DNA from: Algoriella sp.
Lineage (GTDB): Bacteria; Bacteroidota; Bacteroidia; Flavobacteriales; Weeksellaceae
Reading direction: 5' to 3'
Assembly: GCF_036647415.1 (NCBI RefSeq)
Contig: NZ_JAVXKG010000016.1
Coordinates: 19 to 64,018, forward strand
DNA length: 64,000 bases
In this document: one piece after another, positions 50,452 to 57,986 of the stretch
How positions within the stretch are numbered: position 1 is the first letter of the stretch
Layout: each line of letters begins with the position of its first letter
Made by a program: the position numbers and the translations under genes
Notes under the pieces: generated by a model
What the model was told of the DNA's origin: nothing
Seen by the model: only the letters and a program-made list of their open reading frames with translations
The model's database searches: none

Positions 50452-50997
50452 ATGAAAATATTAGCATTTGCAGGTAGTAATAGCAAAAACTCAATCAACA
50501 AACAATTATTAAATTATACATTAGGTCAACTAGAAAATACAGAGATTGACTTAGTAGATATTAACGATTTCGAAATGCCAATTTACTCTATTGATCGTCA
50601 ATTAGAAAGTGGGTTTCCTCAATTAGCAGAAGATTTTTACAAAAAAATTAAAGAGGCTGATGGTTTAGTTATTAGTCTAGCAGAGCACAATGGTAATTTT
50701 ACGGTTGCTTTAAAAAATATTTTAGACTGGGTTTCTCGTATTGAAATGCCTTATTTAAAGGATAAAAAAATCTTATTATTAAGTACTTCTCCTGGTAGTT
50801 ATGGTGGAGGAAATGTAATGGAAGTTGGACTAAAATATTTCGGAATGTTTGCAAGTGGAGAAATTGTAGCAAGTGCAACTTTTCCTTTTTTCAACGATAA
50901 TTTCCAAAATAACGAGATCGTGAATGACGAACTTAAGAATACTATTTTAGAAAAAATTACAACGTTTAAAAATTCTTTATCAGAAATTGAAGCTTAA
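50452..50997 (+). CDS. NADPH-dependent FMN reductase
   Basis: FAGSNSKNSIN, AEHNG, LKNILDW, STSPG; TAACTTTG box at 50419. Confidence 0.9.
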   Translation: MKILAFAGSNSKNSINKQLLNYTLGQLENTEIDLVDINDFEMPIYSIDRQLESGFPQLAEDFYKKIKEADGLVISLAEHNGNFTVALKNILDWVSRIEMPYLKDKKILLLSTSPGSYGGGNVMEVGLKYFGMFASGEIVASATFPFFNDNFQNNEIVNDELKNTILEKITTFKNSLSEIEA

Positions 50998-51017
50998 TTT
51001 TCTGATAGATAAAATAT

Positions 51018-51042
51018 AAGACCGAATGTTTAATTCGGTCTT
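51018..51042. terminator. Bidirectional terminator
   Basis: AAGACCGAAT...ATTCGGTCTT. Confidence 0.75.
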
Positions 51043-51055
51043 TTTATTTATAATA

Positions 51056-51493
51056 CTAATTTACGTTAATCTCGTAAGTTATTTCTATACCTCCGTTTGC
51101 AAGCATATCGTGTACACTACAATATTTCTTAACAGCTAATTCTGCTGCTTTATTTGCTTTATCCAAATCAATATTTCCTTTTAAATTGAATGTGATATGA
51201 ATATTTGTAAAAATATTTGGAATCTCATCACGTCTTTTTCCTTCAACCTCAACTTGTATATCTTCTATTTCTTGACGTTGTTTTTTCAAAATTTCATTCA
51301 AATCAAACACACTACAACTACCCAAAGCAATCAAAACTAATTCCATCGGACGAACACCTTTTCCTTCTCCACCTATCGACTCTGGACCATCAATATTCAC
51401 TTTTACAGACGAACTTGGCGCAGTTGCCTCATAATGTGACGCATCATTTACTCTATTTAATTCTATTTTCATAATCTCACTTGTTTTGGACAA
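51056..51493 (-). CDS. OsmC family protein (YhfA-like)
   Basis: RPMELVLIALGSCS, KYCSV. Confidence 0.9.
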   Translation of the reverse strand: MSKTSEIMKIELNRVNDASHYEATAPSSSVKVNIDGPESIGGEGKGVRPMELVLIALGSCSVFDLNEILKKQRQEIEDIQVEVEGKRRDEIPNIFTNIHITFNLKGNIDLDKANKAAELAVKKYCSVHDMLANGGIEITYEINVN

Positions 51494-51605
51494 TAAAATT
51501 AAACATTTTTAATCGATTCTCTTCTACATTTTATTTTCTTCAATTTATAAAACCAATCTTTTTTTTAATTAATTTAGACCTTAACTAATTATAAAAAAGC
51601 ACAAT

Positions 51606-51983
51606 ATGAATAGTGTCGTTTATTTTGAAATTCAAGCAAATGATCCGCAAAAATCAATTGAATTTTACACCAATGTTTTTCGTTGGAACTTCATCAAACA
51701 AGATGGTTTACCAATTGAATATTACCGTATCGAAACTTCTGGTATTGAGGGCGGAATGTTCAAACGTCCAGCAGATACACCTTCTCTGAATTGCGGAACA
51801 AATGCATTTACATGCACAATGGAAGTAGAAAATTTTGACGCAATAGCAGAGAAAATCATTCAAAATGGAGGTCAAATAGCTATGCCAAAATTTGCTATAC
51901 CTGGTCGTTGTTGGCAAGGTTATTTTTTAGATTCTGATCATAATGTTTTTGGTATTTTTCAGATAGATCATTCAGCTAAATAA
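51606..51983 (+). CDS. VOC/glyoxalase family protein
   Basis: VVYFEIQA, GGQIAMPK, YFLDSDHNVFGI. Confidence 0.88.
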   Translation: MNSVVYFEIQANDPQKSIEFYTNVFRWNFIKQDGLPIEYYRIETSGIEGGMFKRPADTPSLNCGTNAFTCTMEVENFDAIAEKIIQNGGQIAMPKFAIPGRCWQGYFLDSDHNVFGIFQIDHSAK

Positions 51984-52514
51984 ATGTATATGAAGAAGTT
52001 TATAAAATGGTTTTTCGGAATAATTATAGCTTTAATCGTTCTGATATTGATTGTTGCAGCAATTTTACCAAAAGATTTTCATGCCGAAGGAACAACTACA
52101 ATTAACAAACCAAATAAAGTGGTTTTTGATTATGTTAAACATCTAAAAAATCAAGAAAACTATGGTGTTTGGTTTAGATTAGAAGACAATATCAAAAAAA
52201 ATTATCAAGGAACAGACGGAACTGTTGGTTTTATATACACTTGGAAAGGAGATAAAGTTGGTGAAGGAAAACAGGTAATTACCAAAATTGAAGAAGGTAA
52301 ACGTATTGATATGGATTTATTCTTTAATAATGATCCAAATGCGGCTAAATCTTATATCTCAACTGAAGAAATTTCAGCAAATAAAACAAAGGTAAATTGG
52401 GTAATTGACGGAAAAATGCCTTATCCTTTTAATATAATGAGTCTTTTTTATGATATGAATAAAGATTTTGAGCAAGGTACAGCGAATTTGAAAGAGGTTT
52501 TAGAAAAACAATAA
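51984..52514 (+). CDS. SRPBCC (polyketide cyclase-like) protein
   Basis: N-terminal TM, GTDGTVGFIYTW, VGEGKQ, DFEQGTANLK. Confidence 0.85.
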   Translation: MYMKKFIKWFFGIIIALIVLILIVAAILPKDFHAEGTTTINKPNKVVFDYVKHLKNQENYGVWFRLEDNIKKNYQGTDGTVGFIYTWKGDKVGEGKQVITKIEEGKRIDMDLFFNNDPNAAKSYISTEEISANKTKVNWVIDGKMPYPFNIMSLFYDMNKDFEQGTANLKEVLEKQ

Positions 52515-52529
52515 TTTCAGATTTAAGTT

Positions 52530-52573
52530 AAAAACAAATAGTCAGAAAAGTAATTTTCTGACTATTTGTTTTT
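52530..52573. terminator. Bidirectional terminator
   Basis: AAAAACAAATAGTCAGAAAA...TTTTCTGACTATTTGTTTTT. Confidence 0.88.
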
Positions 52574-52593
52574 TAGATTATTTTATAACGTTA

Positions 52594-53790
52594 TTAAAAA
52601 GTCGTATTGGTTAAAACTGCATACGAAAATGTTAACACAGACAGTATTGTACCTATCATAAAAATAGTATATGTAATGCTCAATAATCTGTATTTACGTT
52701 CTAATACCTTTCCCAAAAAGTATAAATCACGCGTTAAAGAATTGTATAAATAATCTCTATCTTTCATCAATTCTTGCATTGCTTCTTCATAAGACTCTAA
52801 TGACATTTGATAAAAATTACCAAAAAATAACAAGTTCACTTTTTTCTGTTTAACATCTTCTTCGTTAAAACTTTCGTAAGTTACATTAGGTTTTGTTGCT
52901 AAAATCGCGAAAACGATAGAAACAACACTAGAAAACAACATAACAATTGAAGGCAATAAAAGATATTCATTTTTAGGAGTTGCCAATTTCGGAATCAATG
53001 TAGAAAGAGCAATCGAAATTACAATCGCATTTACAGATAATAAAATATTGGCTTTACTATCTGCAATATCACTTAGTCTGGTATGATTATTTAATGTTAC
53101 ACGAAATAAAGTGTCAACGCCTCTGTCGGGCTGTTGCATTTTATCGTTTTTTTTCTTTTTTAACTCAAATTTATTTGGAACATCTCCTATTAATTCTATT
53201 TCTTTGATTTTATTTTGTGTGTAAATCAGATTATTTTCTTTCCCTTTTTGCCATAAATCTTTGGCAGAATCAGTATAAAAATGATGTACATTTAAAAAGA
53301 AATTTCTGTTCTCTAAATTCCATTCATAATCAGAAAATTCTTTCTCACAAACTTTTGCTATTTCATCTCTCAAAAGCTCCGAAATTTTAGGATATTCTTC
53401 CTGACCTAGATGATAATTATCGGCATCTTTTATAATAGATTCTTCAATATTTCTGGGCGTGTAATTAATCTTAGTAGACAAGATATACGCAACTACATTT
53501 GCTATAAAATCTTCTGAAAAATTAATAGATTTTAAATACTCACTTGCAATTTTTGCGCTCTCATCTTCATGTCCTTGTACTGTTTTTGTATAACCTGTAT
53601 CGTGAAACCAACCCGCAACTATTAACTGTTCTTGTGTTTCAACCAAAATTTGTTCGTTTGTACATAAAATTTTAATTGCTTCAACAACTTTCACAGTATG
53701 CATAAAATTATGATACGTAAAATCCAAAGAAAGATTATCTTTGAATAAATTAAAAACATAGTTTTCTATTTTTGATAAGGCCGGATTCAT
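52594..53790 (-). CDS. HD phosphohydrolase fused to Pycsar-type TM effector domain (DUF5706/PycTM)
   Basis: YHN..HT, WFHDTG, HE, DAD; C-terminal IADSKANILL-TM-TM-LLFFGNF...KYRLL-TM. Confidence 0.85.
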   Translation of the reverse strand: MNPALSKIENYVFNLFKDNLSLDFTYHNFMHTVKVVEAIKILCTNEQILVETQEQLIVAGWFHDTGYTKTVQGHEDESAKIASEYLKSINFSEDFIANVVAYILSTKINYTPRNIEESIIKDADNYHLGQEEYPKISELLRDEIAKVCEKEFSDYEWNLENRNFFLNVHHFYTDSAKDLWQKGKENNLIYTQNKIKEIELIGDVPNKFELKKKKNDKMQQPDRGVDTLFRVTLNNHTRLSDIADSKANILLSVNAIVISIALSTLIPKLATPKNEYLLLPSIVMLFSSVVSIVFAILATKPNVTYESFNEEDVKQKKVNLLFFGNFYQMSLESYEEAMQELMKDRDYLYNSLTRDLYFLGKVLERKYRLLSITYTIFMIGTILSVLTFSYAVLTNTTF

Positions 53791-53814
53791 TACGCGCTTT
53801 TAAAGCATAAATGT

Positions 53815-56800
53815 ATGAAATTATTACCAACACAAAACATTAAAAAACTGAATTATCCATTTTTGGCTTTAGTCGGTTCTTGTTTATATATGACATCTTG
53901 TGCGACACAGCATCCACAGTATGGGCAACATATAAAAAATGAGAAAGTACAAAACGTCGAAGGGAAAAAAATTCAATCAATCTACTTAATCGGTGATGCA
54001 GGAAATTTAGATAATCCAAAGAAAAAACAAACTTTAGAAAATTTAAAATCCGAATTGAGTAAAGCTGACTCTGCTTCATATTTATTTTTTTTAGGAGACA
54101 ATGTTTATGAAAATGGGATTCAACCAGATTCTACCAAATCAGACTATACGACTAGCCGAAATAAGCTACAATTACAAATCGATTTAGCGAAATCTTTTAA
54201 AGGAAAAACTTTATTTATTCCAGGAAATCACGATTGGCGAAATGGTTTAGAAGGATTAAAAGAGCAAGAAAAAATAGTTAAAAAACAACTTACAAATAAA
54301 AAATCTTTTCTACCAAAAGACGGCTGTCCTATAGATAAAATTAATGTAAATGATAGTATCGGAATTATTGCGGTAGATTCTGAATGGTATTTACAAGATT
54401 GGGATAAACATCCTGGACTTAATGAAAAATGTGATGTAAAAACACGCGAGGCATTTTTTGAGGAATTAGAATCTCAGTTAAATAAATACCAAAATAGAAC
54501 GACTATTTTGACGATGCATCATCCATTATATTCAAACGGAACTCATGGTGGTCAATTTGATCTGAAAAAGCAAATTTATCCTTTGGGCGATTATTCTAAA
54601 ATTCCGTTACCAATCATTGGATCATTTATTAATTTATTAAGAAGCACAACAGGGCTTAGTCCTCAGGATGTTAATAATTATAAATACCGAGAAATGGCTT
54701 CTCGTATTGCAACATTAATCGAAAATAGAAATAATGTAATTGTTGTTTCTGGACACGATCATAATTTACAATACATCCAAAATAATAATGTAAAGCAGAT
54801 TATTAGTGGTTCTGGCTCTAAAAGTGAATCAGCAAAAGCTGTCGGTAAAAATGATTTTTCTTACGGAGATAATGGTTTTGCTATTTTAGATTTATATGAT
54901 AATGGCGCATCTAAAGTTAACTTTTATGGTTTTACAGAAACTGGCATTGACTTATTACTTTCTAAACAAGTAACAGAAAAGAAAAAAGAGTATTTGGCAC
55001 AAGTTTACGATGATAAAAAAATGCCAAAGAAAAAAGAAACATCTGTTTATCCACAAGAAAATACACAAAAATCTGATCCGTATAAATTCTTTTTTGGACG
55101 ACATTATCGCAAAACTTACGGACAAACGATTAGTGCAAATACAGTTAATCTTAGCGAATTATACGGCGGCTTAACTCCTGTACGAAAAGGAGGTGGTCAC
55201 CAAACACAAAGTTTACGATTAACAGACAATAAAGGTCAGGAGTATAATATGCGTTCGGTGAAGAAAAGCGCAACTCAGTTTATACAACAAGTTGCTTTCA
55301 AAAATAAATATGTTGCAGATGAATTTGAAAACTCATTTACAGAAAAATTTTTGATGGATTTTTATACCACAACACATCCATATTATCCTCTAGCAGTTGC
55401 TGATATGATGAAACCGATTGGTATCATGCATTCTACTCCAAAATTATATTATGTACCAAAACAAGAAGCGTTAAAAGAATATAATGAGTATTTTGGCGAC
55501 GAATTGTACATGATAGAGGAACGCCCTATGTCTGCTTATCAAGAAGGTGTTTTCGGAACACCAAAAGATATTGTAAGTACAGATGACATGTTAACTGCCA
55601 TTCAAAAAAACAAAAATATTATTGTCGACAAACAAGCCTACATGCGTGCACGTTTGTTTGACATGTTGGTTGGAGATTGGGATAGACACCAAGACCAATG
55701 GCGTTGGGGAATTTATGAAGACAAAGGTCAAACGATTTATAAACCAATTCCACGAGATAGAGATCAGGCTTTTCCTAGATATGATGGTTTATTTTTCAAG
55801 GTTATTATGGGAATTCCACCTTTGCGTCACATGCAAGATTACAAAGATGATATAAAAAACATAAAATGGTTTAACAGAGAGCCTTATCCGTTAGATTTAG
55901 CTATTTTAGAATCATCTGATCTTGATGGATGGAAAAAAGAAGCTCGCTATATACAAGAACATTTGACGGATGAAGATATTAGAAAATCTTTCGAATTAAT
56001 TCCCGAAGAAGCTAAGCAAGATTATGATAAAGAAGTAATTCATAATATTATTGAGCGTCGTGAAAAATTAGAAAAATTCGCAGAAGAATATAATAAAACT
56101 CTTCGAAAACTAATCATTTTAAAAGGTACAAATGAAGATGATAAATTTATTGTAACGCGTTTACCTAAAGGAAAAACAAATATAAAAATCTATTCAGGAA
56201 AAGATAGTACATTAATATTTGATGAAGAGTTTACGAAAAAAGAAACGAAAGAAATTCGTGTCTATGGTTTAAATGGTAAAGATCAATTTATAGTTGATGG
56301 TAAACCAAATCATGCCATTCTAACACGACTTATTGGTGGTGTTGATGATGATATTTATGAAGTAAAACGATCTAGTCGAATAAAAGTTTATGATTATGCA
56401 AACGGTAGTGATGCTTCTGAATCTACTTTTTTAACATCAAAAAACTTTGTAAACGACTACGAAATAAACACTTACGATTACACACAACCAAAGTATAACT
56501 TTTTCACAATGTTGCCTAATATTGGTTACAACCCTGATGATGGTATAAAAATTGGTCTTTCACCAACGTATACTGTCAATGGTTTTGATCGTAAACCTTA
56601 TTCTCAGCGTCATAATTTGCAATTAAATTATTATTTTGCAACAAGTGGTTGGGAAGCGAAATACAAAGGTACCATTATGAAAGCGCTTGGTAAATGGAAC
56701 TTGGATCTGAATGCGGCTTACACCAGCCCTACTTTTAGTACAAACTTTTTTGGATTAGGAAACGAAACCATTAATAATGATGAACAAAAAGGAATGGATT

Positions 56801-57540
56801 ATAACCGTGTTCGATTAGAAAGTTATAGTATTGGTCCTTCTATTTTTAAGATATTAAACAACAATGGTCGTTTAGATTTTTCTGCGATTTACAGCTATGT
56901 TAAAATAGAAGAAAATAAAGATCGAATTGTAAGTGAACAAAATATCGGTATAAATAGAGATGTTTTTAAAGGTCAAAATTTTGGAGAAATTGGTGCTAAA
57001 TATGTTTTCAAGAATTACGATAATGCATCATTGCCAAAATTAGGAATGACATTTTTAGCAAATGCAAAATGGATTTCTAATTTATCAGAATTTCAACGCA
57101 ATCATTTCTATACCGAATTAAACCTTGGTTTTACTCATAAAATTTCAGCAAATGGTAGATTAACAGTAGCTTCTATGCTGAAAGGTAAAGCAGTTTGGGG
57201 AAATTTTATGGAATTTTATCAAATGGCAAATTTAGGTGGTGATCAAGATTTGAGAGGTTATCGTTTAGGAAGATTTGTAGGTGATAAAGTCTTTTTACAA
57301 ACATCTGATTTACGTTTTGACGCCTTAAGATTTACAGCAGTTGTACCAATGCGTTTAGGCGTTTTTGTTGGTGCAGATTATGGTAGAGTATGGCTAGATG
57401 GTGAAGACTCAAACAAATGGCATTCATCTATGGGTGGTGGAATTTGGATAAACGGAGTTCAATCTGTGACAGCTACATTATCATATTTCAAAGGAGAAGA
57501 TCCTGGCAGAATAGTAATTGGAATTAACTTCGGTTTCTAA
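53815..57540 (+). CDS. Lipoprotein: metallophosphoesterase plus kinase-like domain plus Omp85 barrel
   Basis: MTSC lipobox; GDAG, GDNVY, GNHD, HHP, GHDH; GGGHQT, DWDRH, RDRD; LRGY; terminal Phe. Confidence 0.85.
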   Translation: MKLLPTQNIKKLNYPFLALVGSCLYMTSCATQHPQYGQHIKNEKVQNVEGKKIQSIYLIGDAGNLDNPKKKQTLENLKSELSKADSASYLFFLGDNVYENGIQPDSTKSDYTTSRNKLQLQIDLAKSFKGKTLFIPGNHDWRNGLEGLKEQEKIVKKQLTNKKSFLPKDGCPIDKINVNDSIGIIAVDSEWYLQDWDKHPGLNEKCDVKTREAFFEELESQLNKYQNRTTILTMHHPLYSNGTHGGQFDLKKQIYPLGDYSKIPLPIIGSFINLLRSTTGLSPQDVNNYKYREMASRIATLIENRNNVIVVSGHDHNLQYIQNNNVKQIISGSGSKSESAKAVGKNDFSYGDNGFAILDLYDNGASKVNFYGFTETGIDLLLSKQVTEKKKEYLAQVYDDKKMPKKKETSVYPQENTQKSDPYKFFFGRHYRKTYGQTISANTVNLSELYGGLTPVRKGGGHQTQSLRLTDNKGQEYNMRSVKKSATQFIQQVAFKNKYVADEFENSFTEKFLMDFYTTTHPYYPLAVADMMKPIGIMHSTPKLYYVPKQEALKEYNEYFGDELYMIEERPMSAYQEGVFGTPKDIVSTDDMLTAIQKNKNIIVDKQAYMRARLFDMLVGDWDRHQDQWRWGIYEDKGQTIYKPIPRDRDQAFPRYDGLFFKVIMGIPPLRHMQDYKDDIKNIKWFNREPYPLDLAILESSDLDGWKKEARYIQEHLTDEDIRKSFELIPEEAKQDYDKEVIHNIIERREKLEKFAEEYNKTLRKLIILKGTNEDDKFIVTRLPKGKTNIKIYSGKDSTLIFDEEFTKKETKEIRVYGLNGKDQFIVDGKPNHAILTRLIGGVDDDIYEVKRSSRIKVYDYANGSDASESTFLTSKNFVNDYEINTYDYTQPKYNFFTMLPNIGYNPDDGIKIGLSPTYTVNGFDRKPYSQRHNLQLNYYFATSGWEAKYKGTIMKALGKWNLDLNAAYTSPTFSTNFFGLGNETINNDEQKGMDYNRVRLESYSIGPSIFKILNNNGRLDFSAIYSYVKIEENKDRIVSEQNIGINRDVFKGQNFGEIGAKYVFKNYDNASLPKLGMTFLANAKWISNLSEFQRNHFYTELNLGFTHKISANGRLTVASMLKGKAVWGNFMEFYQMANLGGDQDLRGYRLGRFVGDKVFLQTSDLRFDALRFTAVVPMRLGVFVGADYGRVWLDGEDSNKWHSSMGGGIWINGVQSVTATLSYFKGEDPGRIVIGINFGF

Positions 57541-57547
57541 TAAATAC

Positions 57548-57582
57548 AAAAAAAATAACCTTCAATAGAAGGTTATTTTTTT
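57548..57582. terminator. Bidirectional terminator
   Basis: AAAAAATAACCTTC...GAAGGTTATTTTTT, overlapping the SRPBCC stop. Confidence 0.85.
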
Positions 57583-57983
57583 TGCACATATCTCTTAATA
57601 TCTTGCATCATATTAATCCATTTTATTTCTGAATGTGATCGTTCGTATTCATCTGCAAAATCTTTCGATTCTATTGATAAATAAGTATAATTACCAGAAG
57701 GTTTCAAACTAAAAATCACTTCAATTTCGTGGTTTGAGTTTTGCTTTTTATAATTGTAACGCAAACGTTCGTCTTCTAAAATTGACGTGATAAAAGCTTC
57801 ATCAATAATGGTTTCTCCATTTAGTTGAGATTCAAATTTTATCTTCTCTCCTACTTTCCAGTCATTACAAGTCATTTTTGTATTCTCAAAACACGCAGCA
57901 AATTCTTGCTCATCTACCAAAACTTTCCAAATATCTTGTGGTGTAGCTTCTATCGAGATATTTAATAAAACTATATCGCTCAT
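57573..57983 (-). CDS. SRPBCC/AHSA1-like protein
   Basis: IEATPQDIWKVL, DWKVGEKIKF, W..M...IKRYV. Confidence 0.75.
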   Translation of the reverse strand: MSDIVLLNISIEATPQDIWKVLVDEQEFAACFENTKMTCNDWKVGEKIKFESQLNGETIIDEAFITSILEDERLRYNYKKQNSNHEIEVIFSLKPSGNYTYLSIESKDFADEYERSHSEIKWINMMQDIKRYVQKK

Positions 57984-57986
57984 TTT

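Noticed and set aside
52594-53790. Calling the locus a canonical two-gene Pycsar defence system
   Set aside because: Effector carries an extra HD domain, no standard PycC is adjacent, and the context is housekeeping; reported as a Pycsar-related candidate instead
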